The translations under genes were made by a program, and so were the position numbers. Positions 18,957 to 28,511 of a stretch of DNA of 64,000 bases are shown in pieces. Under the pieces are notes generated by a model that saw only the letters and a list, made by a program, of their open reading frames with translations, made no database searches and had not been told where the DNA came from. Source of the DNA: Longimicrobiales bacterium (GTDB lineage: Bacteria; Gemmatimonadota; Gemmatimonadetes; Longimicrobiales; Gaopeijiaceae); contig OZ250165.1 of NCBI GenBank assembly GCA_965238005.1, positions 3,264,001-3,328,000 of the forward strand, written 5' to 3'. Positions within the stretch are counted from its first letter, which is position 1. Every line of letters starts with the position of its first letter.

Positions 18957-20012
18957 TCATCCGCGGTACGCGCCGCTGGCGATGCGCTCGAGCCAGGTCT
19001 CGTTCCGGCCGTACCACGAGATCGTGTCGGCGAGACCCTCCTCGAAGTCCACCGTCGGCTCCCACTCCAGCTCCTCCTTGGCCTTGGACGAATCGACGGC
19101 GTAGCGCCGGTCGTGGCCCAGGCGATCCTCCACGAAGGTGATCAGCTCCGGGTGGGCCCCGGTCTGCTCTATAATGGACTCGACCACCTGGAGGTTGGTC
19201 CGCTCCGCGTCTCCCCCGAAGTTGTAGACCTCGCCGGAACGTCCCTTGCGGAGCGCTAGGTCCAGGCCCCGGCAGTGATCCCCCACCTGGATCCAGTCCC
19301 GGACGTTCAGCCCGTCGCCGTACACCGGAAGAGGCTCGCCTTTCATGGCGTTGGAGACCATGAGGGGAATCAGCTTCTCGGGAAACTGATACGGTCCGTA
19401 GTTGTTCGAGCAACGGGTGACCACCACGTCCAAGCCGTGGGTGCGGTGGTACGCCAACGCCAGCATGTCGCCGGCGGCCTTGGTGGCGGAGTACGGGGAG
19501 CGGGGAGCCAGTGGCGTGGTCTCCGTGAACCGGAGCGCATCGGGGTCGGCATCCGTATCGGAGTCCGTAGCGGGGTCGGGATCGGGGTCAGTATCGGGAT
19601 TGGCCGGGTCTCGCCAGGGAAGCTCTCCATAGACCTCGTCCGTAGAGACCTGGACGAAGCGGGGCGGGCTCGAGGCGGCCACGGCCGCGCTGAGCAGCGT
19701 GTGCGTTCCCGTAACGTTGGTTCGGACGAAGGGAGCGTCGTGCTCGATGGAGCGGTCCACGTGAGATTCGGCGGCCAGGTTCAGGACGGCGTCTACGTCA
19801 CCGACCAGCTCGCCCACGAGCTCGTCGTCGCAGATGTCGCCGTGCACGAACCGGTAGCGCGGATCCTCGTCCACGCCCCTCAGGTTGTCCGGATTCCCGG
19901 CGTACGTGAGGAGATCGAGGTTGATCACCTCCACGTTCGAGCGCTCCTCGAGGAAATACCGGATGAGGTTGGAGCCGATGAAGCCCGCTCCACCGGTGAC
20001 GAGCAGTCTCAC
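18957..20012 (-). CDS. rfbB: dTDP-glucose 4,6-dehydratase
   Basis: LVTGGAGFIGS, AAESHVDRS, STDEVYG, YSATK, NNYGPYQFPEKLIP; GTG start overlaps the rfbA stop. Confidence 0.96.
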   Translation of the reverse strand: MRLLVTGGAGFIGSNLIRYFLEERSNVEVINLDLLTYAGNPDNLRGVDEDPRYRFVHGDICDDELVGELVGDVDAVLNLAAESHVDRSIEHDAPFVRTNVTGTHTLLSAAVAASSPPRFVQVSTDEVYGELPWRDPANPDTDPDPDPATDSDTDADPDALRFTETTPLAPRSPYSATKAAGDMLALAYHRTHGLDVVVTRCSNNYGPYQFPEKLIPLMVSNAMKGEPLPVYGDGLNVRDWIQVGDHCRGLDLALRKGRSGEVYNFGGDAERTNLQVVESIIEQTGAHPELITFVEDRLGHDRRYAVDSSKAKEELEWEPTVDFEEGLADTISWYGRNETWLERIASGAYRG

Positions 20013-20785
20013 GGATCCGTCGACCGTCGGAGGGGAGAGGTGACCTCGGGAAGGTGTAGGACGGGTTCGTCCGCGGTGTCCGCGACGAGCCGTGTGGCGC
20101 GATACAAAGATCGGACGGTTCCGGCGTCCGTCCACCATCCGTCCACGACGTGGTGGCGCAGGGCTCCCCACTCCACGTAGCGGTTGTTCACGTCGGTGAT
20201 CTCCAGCTCTCCGCGGTCCGAGGGCGAGAGTCCCTGTACGATCTCGAAGACGCGCCGGTCGTAGAAGTAGCAGCCGGTGACCGCGAAGTTGCTCCGTGGC
20301 TCCGCGGGCTTCTCTTCGATCCCCACGACCCGGTCCCCGTCGAGCTCCGCCACGCCGAATCGGACCGGATCGTCCACCTCCTTGAGGAGCACCATGGCTC
20401 CCTCAGGTTCGGCTCGGTACGCATCGACGGCCGGCCGTATCGGCGAGCCGAAGATGTTGTCCCCCAGGATCACGCAAACGGGCCCGTCTTCCGCGAAATG
20501 CTCCGCCAGGCCCAGGGCCTCCGCGATCCCCCCTTCCCCTGCTTGGTAGGTATAGTCCAGGTGCCTGAGGCCGAAGTCCCTGCCGTTGCCGAGCAGTTGC
20601 AGGAAGTCCCCCGCACTGTTTCCGCCCGTCACGATCAGGATCTCGTCGATCCCCGCGTGCACGAGCTGCTGGATGGGGAAGTAGATCATGGGCCGGTCGA
20701 AGACCGGGAGGAGGTGCTTGTTGGTGACGCGCGTCATGGGCTGGAGCCGGCTCCCCAGGCCGCCGGCGAGGACGACGCCCTTCAT
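20009..20785 (-). CDS. rfbA: Glucose-1-phosphate thymidylyltransferase (short SpsI/RmlA type)
   Basis: LAGGLGSRL..TNKHLLPV; RGELEITD; WTDAGT. Confidence 0.92.
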   Translation of the reverse strand: MKGVVLAGGLGSRLQPMTRVTNKHLLPVFDRPMIYFPIQQLVHAGIDEILIVTGGNSAGDFLQLLGNGRDFGLRHLDYTYQAGEGGIAEALGLAEHFAEDGPVCVILGDNIFGSPIRPAVDAYRAEPEGAMVLLKEVDDPVRFGVAELDGDRVVGIEEKPAEPRSNFAVTGCYFYDRRVFEIVQGLSPSDRGELEITDVNNRYVEWGALRHHVVDGWWTDAGTVRSLYRATRLVADTADEPVLHLPEVTSPLRRSTDP

Positions 20786-20949
20786 CGGACCTCCCCTGTC
20801 ATCTGGTTCTCGCGGCGATCCATCCCAGGCGCGTCGTATGGGCGGTTCCCTGTCATCGCGACTCTTCCAGGTAGCTCGTCAGGGACTCGCGCCAGGGCGG
20901 CATGGATCGCCCTAGGAGACGCTCGTCCTCCGTGCAGTCGAGCACGGAA

Positions 20950-21058
20950 TAGCGGGGACGAGGTAATGTACCCTTCCTTCTCCAGGTGGAGAAAGACCTG
21001 GTGGCCACCTCCGATCCCGGTCTTGGCTCCCATGCCGCTATTCAAGCGCCCGCGCCAT
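20950..21058 (-). pseudogene. Possible degraded HicA-like toxin fragment
   Basis: MARALE*RHG in one frame and GGHQVFLHLEKEGYIT in another resemble the HicA pattern GSHxxFxHPxKxGxxT. Confidence 0.25.
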
Positions 21059-21106
21059 GCTCGCACCGTTCGTGAGCGTCGACCCGACCCTGGCTCGACC
21101 ACATCT

Positions 21107-21364
21107 ATGCCTGAAGTATCACGGTTCCTCGGCATCGTCGTCGGAATGTTCTACAATGAGCACGGGGACCCCACACTTCCACGCCGTGTACGGGGAACAC
21201 GAGATTTCCGTGAGGTAGAATTTACAGTTGTCCATGGATATTTCCCGCCACGAGCGAGGCGACACGTTCTCGAGTGGGCCGAACTCCACAAGGAGGAGCT
21301 CCTGGAGGACCGGGACCTGGCCCGGAAGGGCGAGCCGCTCAAGCGAATCGCGCCTCTCGAGTGA
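21107..21364 (+). pseudogene. DUF4160-family toxin with compensating frameshifts
   Basis: MPEVSRFLGIVVGMFYNEH...VLEWAELHKEEL...PLKRIAPLE; the conserved PHFHAVYGEHE segment lies in a shifted frame (about 21170-21210). Confidence 0.8.
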
Positions 21365-21419
21365 CCACATGGATTATCACGTACTGGATCTCCCAACTGC
21401 GTAAATCTGGGTGTCTCTT

Positions 21420-21677
21420 TACATCAGGGACCGGCGGCATGAATCGCCAGGCGGAGTCGTGAGCCCAATCGATCTGCGTTGCCAAGTCGTCGCGGCGGAC
21501 GATGGCCCGAATGAAGCCCGGCTGACTGAGCTGAAGGTCCAGGCTGTAGCCGGCCGCTTCGAGGAGGACGCTGTCCTCGGCAGACGCTGTGGCGACCCGC
21601 TCGGCTGAATCGTGGAAGAAGTCGAGATCCTGACTGTGCCGGACGGAGTTGGGAGCGAAGTACAGGGCCGCATTCAT
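21420..21677 (-). pseudogene. AbiEii-like nucleotidyltransferase toxin fragment
   Basis: AALYFAPNSVRHSQDLDFF...WAHDSAWRF; has the R.S.DLD motif but lacks the N-terminal GG motif and the C-terminal half. Confidence 0.65.
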
Positions 21678-22516
21678 TCGATCGCCTCCAGATGCGCCCG
21701 GAGAGACTCGCCCCATATGGGCATGGATCGGCCCAGAAGGGCCTCGGCCTTGGACGAGTCGAGCACGGAGTAGCGGGGCCGGTCGGCGGGCGCGCCCCAG
21801 GCCTCTGTGGTGGTGGCCTCCAGCTCTACGTCGAGGTGCGCGAGGATGGCGGCCCCCCTCGCGAGGTCCAGCCAGGTGGCTTTGCCCCGGTCGCAGAGGT
21901 GGTACGTTCCGATCGCGCCCCTCTCGGCCAGCTCCACCAACGCGGGGGCCAGACTGTCCGTCCACGTCGGGCACCCGATCTGGTCGTTCACGATCTTGAG
22001 GGGGCTGGAACGGTATCGAGCTCCGAGGATCACGTCGATGAAGTCCTGTCCGTCGGGTCCGTACAGCCAACTTGTGCGCACGACGGCCCAGCGGGCATCG
22101 GTCGTCTCGAGCACCTTCTCGCTGGCCAGCTTGCTCCGGCCGTAAGCGTTGACGGGGTGCGTCTCGTCCTCGGGCCGGTAGGGCCGATCCGACCGGCCGT
22201 CGAAGACGTAGTCCGTGCTGGGATAGACGAGACTCGCTCCGATCGCGGCGGCGGCGAGCGCCACGTTGCGGGTTCCGTCACGGTTGACCGCCGTGGCTCG
22301 ATCGGGCTCCTCCTCCGCGTCGTCCACCGCGGTGTAGCCGGCACAGTGCATCACGGCCTCGGGCGCCTCGTCCCGCAACCGGCTCTCCACCAACTCGAAG
22401 TCGGTGACGTCGAGCGCCGCCCGGTCCAGGGCGCTTACGTCGTGTCCCCTTCCCCGGGCGGCCCGGACGACGGCTCCCCCCAGGAGACCTCCGGACCCGG
22501 TGACGAGGATCTTCAA
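21674..22516 (-). CDS. rfbD: dTDP-4-dehydrorhamnose reductase
   Basis: LVTGSGGLLG, YTAVDDAE, STDYVFDG, YGRSK, DQIGCPT. Confidence 0.95.
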   Translation of the reverse strand: MKILVTGSGGLLGGAVVRAARGRGHDVSALDRAALDVTDFELVESRLRDEAPEAVMHCAGYTAVDDAEEEPDRATAVNRDGTRNVALAAAAIGASLVYPSTDYVFDGRSDRPYRPEDETHPVNAYGRSKLASEKVLETTDARWAVVRTSWLYGPDGQDFIDVILGARYRSSPLKIVNDQIGCPTWTDSLAPALVELAERGAIGTYHLCDRGKATWLDLARGAAILAHLDVELEATTTEAWGAPADRPRYSVLDSSKAEALLGRSMPIWGESLRAHLEAIE

Positions 22517-23646
22517 GTGTAGAACTCCCGGATGGCCTCCGCCACGGCCGTCACCCGATCCCCGCCGAGCTCTGGGAAGATCGGCAGGCTCAGCACCTCC
22601 TGACACAGCTTCTCGGAGACCGGCAGGTCCCCCTCCCGGTAGCCCAACTCCGAGAAGCAAGGCTGCAGGTGGAGGGCGAGCGGGTAGTAGACGGCGCTTC
22701 CGATGCCCTGCTCAATCAGGTAGTCTCGGAGCTCGTCGCGTCGGCGTGCCCGGATCGTGTACTGGTTGTAGACGTGCGTATTGCCGGGTGCGACGGCGGG
22801 GTTGATGACCTCTGCGATGTCTGTCAACAGCTCGTCGTAGAGCGCCGCGTTCCGCCGGCGTGCCTCGGACCATGACTCAAGGTGGGGCAGCTTGGCCGAG
22901 ACCACCGCGGCCTGGAGCGCGTCCAGGCGGCTGTTCGTGCCCACCATCTCGTGGTGGTACATCTTGAGGCCGCCGTGGACCCGGAGCTTCTTGAGCTTGT
23001 CGGCAAGCTCCGGGTCGTTCGTCGAGATGAGCCCGCCATCTCCGAATCCTCCGAGGTTCTTGGTCGGAAAGAAGCTGAACGCTCCGGCGTCGCCGGCGGC
23101 TCCGGCCTTGACACTTCCCACAGACCCGGCGCCGCCCGTACTGAGACACTGGGAGGCCCCAATAGCGTGCGCGGCGTCCTCCAAGACGAATCCGCCTCGC
23201 TCACGGGCCACCGCCCCGATCTCCTCCATGGGGGCCATCTGGCCGAAGAGATGTACGGGGATCACGCCCCGAGTCCGATCCGTCCACGCCGCCGCCACCG
23301 TCTCCGCGGTCACATTGAAGGTGACAGGATCGACGTCGCAGAAGACCGGCCGGTAGTCGGCGTTCCACACCGCGCCAGCGGTGGCGAAGAACGTGAAGGC
23401 CGGAATGACGACCGCATCTTCGGATTGCCTCCAGAATGCCCGTAGGGGCAGCAGAAGGGCATCCGTGCCGCTCGCGCATCCGGCCGTGTACCCCACCCCG
23501 ATCATGTCGGCGAGGCTCGTCTCGAGCCGTTCTACGGGCTCGCCCAGAATGAAGCGCTGAGACCGGATCACGGCCCGGACGGCTTCGTCCAACTCTCCGC
23601 TTATCGACTCGTACTGAGCCGTCAGATCGAGCAGTGGAATCTCCAT
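22513..23646 (-). CDS. DegT/DnrJ/EryC1/StrS sugar aminotransferase
   Basis: SGTDAL, EDAAHA, SFFPTKNLG..GDGG, NSRLD. Confidence 0.95.
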   Translation of the reverse strand: MEIPLLDLTAQYESISGELDEAVRAVIRSQRFILGEPVERLETSLADMIGVGYTAGCASGTDALLLPLRAFWRQSEDAVVIPAFTFFATAGAVWNADYRPVFCDVDPVTFNVTAETVAAAWTDRTRGVIPVHLFGQMAPMEEIGAVARERGGFVLEDAAHAIGASQCLSTGGAGSVGSVKAGAAGDAGAFSFFPTKNLGGFGDGGLISTNDPELADKLKKLRVHGGLKMYHHEMVGTNSRLDALQAAVVSAKLPHLESWSEARRRNAALYDELLTDIAEVINPAVAPGNTHVYNQYTIRARRRDELRDYLIEQGIGSAVYYPLALHLQPCFSELGYREGDLPVSEKLCQEVLSLPIFPELGGDRVTAVAEAIREFYT

Positions 23647-23764
23647 GATGTCCTCTAGCAATACACCTCAATCCCGGTTCCGGAGTAGCAGGTCGAGCAA
23701 TGGCCCAGATCGATACGAATGGACTATTGTATTAGGTCGCCATTCATGTTGAGAAGCGGGACTC

Positions 23765-24961
23765 TCATCGGCCCTCCCCAACGGTGACTCCGACCCGTCC
23801 AAGCGCTTCTGTGTACAGCCTCTCCATGTCTCCTGCCAGCCGCTCGGTCGAATACCGCTCCAGTACCGTCTCTCTGGCCCGGGTCCTCGTTGCTGCATCC
23901 GGCGGCGAGCGCAGGGTCTCCTCCAGGGCGTCGGCGAAGGCCTCGGGAGAAGCATGCCACACCAGGCGCCCGAGAGCCCTGTCCTCCAGGATCTCCGGCA
24001 CGCCCCCCACGGCCCGTGACACCACGGGCGTTCCGGCGGCCAGCGACTCCATGAGCGAAACCGGCGTTCCCTCGTCCAACGACGTGAGGGCCGTCACGCC
24101 GAACGCCGGATAGATCTCGGGCAGGTCCTGTCGCCACCCCAGCCAGTGGACGAGCCGATCCAGGCCCTTCTCGGCGCCATATCTCCTCAGGACCCCTTCC
24201 CTCTCCCCCGACCCCACCACCACGACATGCGGCTCCGGGTCCATCCGCTCCCGCAGTACCGCCACCGCGTCGAAGAGCAGCTCGTGGTTCTTGACCGGCA
24301 CCATCCTCCCCACGATCCCGATCACCGGGCGGTCCTCCTCGATCCCCAGGCTCTCTCTCAGGCGAGTTCGCGCCTCGGACCGATCCACCTCTGCGAAGGC
24401 CTGAAGGTCCAGCCCCAGCGGAATCACGGCGAAGCGCTCGGCGGGCGCCACGCCGAGATCCTCTGCCATCTCCCGGGCCTGTCGATGGGTCAGCACCACG
24501 AGCCGGTCCGTAGCCCGGGCGAGCTGTCGCTCGATCTCCAGGAAGAAGCGCGTCCTAAGCCGTGAAAAGTAGAGGCCGCCAAGCACGTGCCCGTGGAACG
24601 TGTGCACGATGACCGGCACACCGGCTGCCAGAGCGGCCAGACGGCCCACCGTGCCGGCCTTCGCCGTGTGCGTGTGCACGATGGCCGGCCGCTCGCGGCG
24701 GAAGATGCGGAAGAGCGTGAGTAGAGTCCGAACGTCTTTCCACGGCGATAGGGGGTGGGACATGCCGGCGATCTCGATCACGTCCACACCCCGATCGAGA
24801 GCGTAGTAGGTCATGTCGCCCTCATCCTCGGTGATCCGGCCGGTGATCAGCCGTGTCTCGAAAACGCGCGGGTCGAGGCCCTCGGCCAGATGGACCACGT
24901 GCATGGCGGGCCCACCCGTGTTCAGGCGGGCGATGACGCGGTGGACTAGGATGGGGGTCAT
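23765..24961 (-). CDS. GT4 glycosyltransferase
   Basis: RLNTGGP, HTHTAKAG, EGTPVSLME. Confidence 0.92.
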   Translation of the reverse strand: MTPILVHRVIARLNTGGPAMHVVHLAEGLDPRVFETRLITGRITEDEGDMTYYALDRGVDVIEIAGMSHPLSPWKDVRTLLTLFRIFRRERPAIVHTHTAKAGTVGRLAALAAGVPVIVHTFHGHVLGGLYFSRLRTRFFLEIERQLARATDRLVVLTHRQAREMAEDLGVAPAERFAVIPLGLDLQAFAEVDRSEARTRLRESLGIEEDRPVIGIVGRMVPVKNHELLFDAVAVLRERMDPEPHVVVVGSGEREGVLRRYGAEKGLDRLVHWLGWRQDLPEIYPAFGVTALTSLDEGTPVSLMESLAAGTPVVSRAVGGVPEILEDRALGRLVWHASPEAFADALEETLRSPPDAATRTRARETVLERYSTERLAGDMERLYTEALGRVGVTVGEGR

Positions 24962-24986
24962 GGGACGGGCGGGCGTGCCCCGGCCC

Positions 24987-26318
24987 TCAGCCAGCCCCAC
25001 CCTTCACGATCCAAGCCCCTGCCCGTGTGCCATGCTCGTTCAGGAGAGGCGCCGTGACGTTGCGGGCGTCCACCACGACACCGGCCAGCTCAAGCACACG
25101 CCCGTAGTCCACCTCCGAGTGGTCCGTGACGATGACGACCGCGTCGGTCCGGGAAAGAGCTTCGTCCGTCAGCGGAACCGAGGACAGCAGGGTCCCGTCT
25201 TCGGCAACCTCAGGCACCAGCGGGTCGTGATACTCCACCTGTGCCCCGTCGGCGGCGAGGAGTCTGATGATATCCAGGGCCGGTGACTCCCGGACGTCAT
25301 TGACGTCCCGCTTGTACGCCACACCCAGAACGAGGATGCGGGCGCCGTTTACGGCCTTCCTGCCCGCATTGAGGGCATCTCGTATCTTGTTCACCACGAA
25401 ACGGGGCATCGCGGCGTTGATCTCCGACGCCAGATCGATGAACCGGGTCCGGTAGTCCAGCGTGCGCATCTTCCACGCGAGGTAGTGGGGATCCACCGGA
25501 ATGCAGTGCCCTCCCAGACCCGGCCCCGGGGTGAACTTCATGAAGCCGAAGGGCTTGGTGGCGGCCGCTTCTATGACCTCCCAGACGTCCACCTTCAGGC
25601 GGTCGGCGATGAGGGCGACCTCGTTCACCATAGCGATGTTCACGGCCCGGAAGGTGTTCTCCAGGATCTTGACCATCTCGGCCGCCTCGGTGGAGGAAAC
25701 CTGGACCATCGTGTCGATGAAGCGCTCGTAGACGGCCAGGCCGGCTTCCGTGCAAGCGGGCGTGATCCCCCCGATGATCTTGGGCGTGTTCTTCGTCTTC
25801 CAGACCGCGTTCCCGGGGTCGACGCGCTCGGGAGAGAAGCACAGAAAGAAGTCCTTCCCGGCGTCTAGGCCCGTGCGCTCCAGGGTCGGCAGGAGAACCT
25901 CCCGGGTGGTCCCGGGATAGGTGGTCGATTCCAACACTACGAGCTGCCCGGGGCGCAACGCCGCAGCCACGGCCTCGGACGCGGCGATCACGAACGACAC
26001 GTCCGGGTCCTGTGTCTTCGAGAGCGGCGTTGGAACGGAGATCGAGATGGCGTCGCACTCGGCGAGCCTAGACATGTCGGTGGTGGCTTCGAGGCGCCCC
26101 GTCGCCAACACCTCCTGCAGCTCCTCGTCGGTGACGTCGTCGATGTGGCTCCGGCCGGCGTTCATGCCCTCCACCACCTCTGGGTCGACGTCAAAGCCTA
26201 CAGCCTGGAGTCCCGAGCGGGCGATCTCTACTGAGAGGGGGAGACCGACGTAGCCGAGACCGATAACGCCAACCGTGAGGTCGCCGTTGCCCAAGTGCTC
26301 GATAGAGGAGGCGGTCAT
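24987..26318 (-). CDS. UDP-N-acetylhexosamine 6-dehydrogenase (WbpA/WecC family)
   Basis: GLGYVGLP, LESTTYPGTT, SPERVDPG, GGHCIPVDP. Confidence 0.95.
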   Translation of the reverse strand: MTASSIEHLGNGDLTVGVIGLGYVGLPLSVEIARSGLQAVGFDVDPEVVEGMNAGRSHIDDVTDEELQEVLATGRLEATTDMSRLAECDAISISVPTPLSKTQDPDVSFVIAASEAVAAALRPGQLVVLESTTYPGTTREVLLPTLERTGLDAGKDFFLCFSPERVDPGNAVWKTKNTPKIIGGITPACTEAGLAVYERFIDTMVQVSSTEAAEMVKILENTFRAVNIAMVNEVALIADRLKVDVWEVIEAAATKPFGFMKFTPGPGLGGHCIPVDPHYLAWKMRTLDYRTRFIDLASEINAAMPRFVVNKIRDALNAGRKAVNGARILVLGVAYKRDVNDVRESPALDIIRLLAADGAQVEYHDPLVPEVAEDGTLLSSVPLTDEALSRTDAVVIVTDHSEVDYGRVLELAGVVVDARNVTAPLLNEHGTRAGAWIVKGGAG

Positions 26319-26405
26319 GGAGTCGGTGAGAGCATGTATGATCGGTGGATCGGCGGATCGCTAGCCGGAGTGGCCGCACCGGAATATGACGGCTGGAAAC
26401 AGGCG

Positions 26406-28286
26406 CTACAAGGCAGCGTCTCCGGCGGTTCTAGCTCCAGACCTCACCGACTCCAACGAGATTCTGAGCACATAGACGTCCAAAGAACCCGTCGTGGCGA
26501 GATACTCCTCCAAGAGCTTGTCGTGTGAGTCTGCCGCCCCTTCGCCCTTATCCACCACCACCACCGTATTGATCTCACAGTCGCGAACCGCCCGCGCGAT
26601 TGCGTCCGCACCCCCGAACAGCGGATAGCCCTGGAACCGCCCCTTCGCGCCCACCTGTGAGTGATCCACGACGGCAACGGGCCGGAACGTGGGCGCGCTG
26701 AGGGCCCGCGCGGCCCGGAAAGCCAGGTCGGCGTCTTCGATGGGTCCGACGAACGCCATGGGCACGCCCTCCACCGACCAACGCCCCGTGGCGTCTTCCA
26801 GCATGCGGAACGAGAAGCGTCCCACCACCGTGAGGATAGTACAGACGAGGAAATCCACCACCAGCACCCCACGGGACAATCCGCTGCGGGCGACCAGGAG
26901 CAGAACCGACGCGGTAAGTAGCGTGCCGAGCAGGTTCGCTCGAACCATGACCATAGCGTCGGCGATGCTGTAGTGGCGCCAACGAGGCGCGTACGCCGCC
27001 GTACCGGCAAAGGCCATCAGCTTCAGAGCGACCACGAAGACCAGCGTCCGCTGGAAATAGTCCAACTCCGCAGGGAGCTGACTCGAGTCCCAGCGGATGA
27101 GGTAGGCGGCATAATAGGCCAGCCCCACCACGAAGATGTCCATGCCGAACACAAGGAACGGAACTCGCCGGTGCAATGCTCCCAAGCGCTCGAGCAGAGT
27201 GGGGTCACTTTCTGCGGTCTTGTCGGCCTCCAATCGGTCGAGGCGACCCGTCAGCAGATACGACCCGAGAAGCGCCAACGCTGCGAGAAGAATTCCACCC
27301 AGCATGTACGCAAAGGTCCGGCCTGCCGTCCGCACCAAGAGCCCCACACCACCACCGAGGATAGCCAAGCCCCATAGGATCCACAGGGCACGCTCCTCGG
27401 AGACACCGAGAGAGACCAATGCATGGGATGTGTGGTCCCGTCCTCCCTTCGAGACCGCCCTGCCCTCCAGGAGCCTGGTCACCGTCACGAACGTCGTGTC
27501 GAGAATCGGTATCGCGAGCACCACGAGTGGAACAGCCACTACCGCCGCCAAGCTGCGGGAGAGGCCGGGGCCCGGCGAGAGCGCAAGGCCGGCGAGGAAG
27601 AGACCGATAAACAAGGAGCCCGAGTCCCCCATGAAGATCCGTGCAGGCGGGTAGTTGTGTACCAGAAAGCCACCCAGGGCCGCAGCAAATGCAAAGGCGA
27701 GGATTGCCAGCTCTGACTGTCCACCCAGCAAGAAGTTGATGCCGAGAAAAGTCGCTGCGATGGCACCGATGCCTCCTGCCAACCCATCCATGTTGTCCAG
27801 GAGGTTCAGGGCGTTCGTGATGCCCACGAACCAGAAGAGCGATATGAGAACGTCCAGCACATAGGTCCCGGTCAGCCAGACGCCGATCCCCGTCATGATG
27901 AGTATCGAAGCCGCAGCGAGCTGACCCACCAGCTTCGTCGAGGGACGGAGCTGTCGAACGTCGTCCCATAGACCGAGGGCAGCTGCCAAGAGGGCCGCGA
28001 CGACCAGCCCAACGGGGGGAGTCAGGGGAACCACCGCCCGGGGCGCCACCTCGCCCACGGCCAAACCCGTCCCGAACAAGCCGACCTCGAGGGCCACCGC
28101 CAGGGCAAAGCCCCCCACAATTGCCAGCCCGCCGACGTTGGGGGTCGGACGCGTGTGCCACCGGTCCTCGGTAGCACCCGCCATCTGGCCGGCCCGCAGA
28201 GCAAGGGCGCGGACCATGGGAATCAGGGCTGCCGTCGCAGTAGCTGCCACGGCAGGCACGAGAAGGGCGAGCAGCACATAAGTCAT
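26406..28286 (-). CDS. WecA/TagO-like undecaprenyl-phosphate HexNAc-1-P transferase fused to a CapD/PglF-like membrane plus Rossmann-like domain
   Basis: NALNLLDNMDGL, IFMGDSGS, DHTSH; ~270 aa C-terminal extension (AYYAAYLIRW, WRHYSIAD, SRGVLVVD). Confidence 0.85.
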   Translation of the reverse strand: MTYVLLALLVPAVAATATAALIPMVRALALRAGQMAGATEDRWHTRPTPNVGGLAIVGGFALAVALEVGLFGTGLAVGEVAPRAVVPLTPPVGLVVAALLAAALGLWDDVRQLRPSTKLVGQLAAASILIMTGIGVWLTGTYVLDVLISLFWFVGITNALNLLDNMDGLAGGIGAIAATFLGINFLLGGQSELAILAFAFAAALGGFLVHNYPPARIFMGDSGSLFIGLFLAGLALSPGPGLSRSLAAVVAVPLVVLAIPILDTTFVTVTRLLEGRAVSKGGRDHTSHALVSLGVSEERALWILWGLAILGGGVGLLVRTAGRTFAYMLGGILLAALALLGSYLLTGRLDRLEADKTAESDPTLLERLGALHRRVPFLVFGMDIFVVGLAYYAAYLIRWDSSQLPAELDYFQRTLVFVVALKLMAFAGTAAYAPRWRHYSIADAMVMVRANLLGTLLTASVLLLVARSGLSRGVLVVDFLVCTILTVVGRFSFRMLEDATGRWSVEGVPMAFVGPIEDADLAFRAARALSAPTFRPVAVVDHSQVGAKGRFQGYPLFGGADAIARAVRDCEINTVVVVDKGEGAADSHDKLLEEYLATTGSLDVYVLRISLESVRSGARTAGDAAL

Positions 28287-28511
28287 GAAGCGAACCGCCC
28301 GCACCGAAGCCAGTCATGGGTCATGGTGCCGGGACACTAGACGTCGGGGTTCGAGGCTGTCAAACCATTCCGAGCCCGACTGCTCATGCGGGGTCGATTC
28401 GCCCGGATGCGCTCGAACCGGAATCTGTTCGGAAGGCCGGGGTGAATCCGTTACTATAGGGACGCCGGTGGTGGTCGCTGATCCGTGATAGTCGCGTGCG
28501 AGGAGGGTCTA

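Noticed and set aside
20150..21364. 404-aa ORF as a fusion protein
   Set aside because: Most of it is antisense to rfbA; only 21107-21364 is a real DUF4160 sequence.
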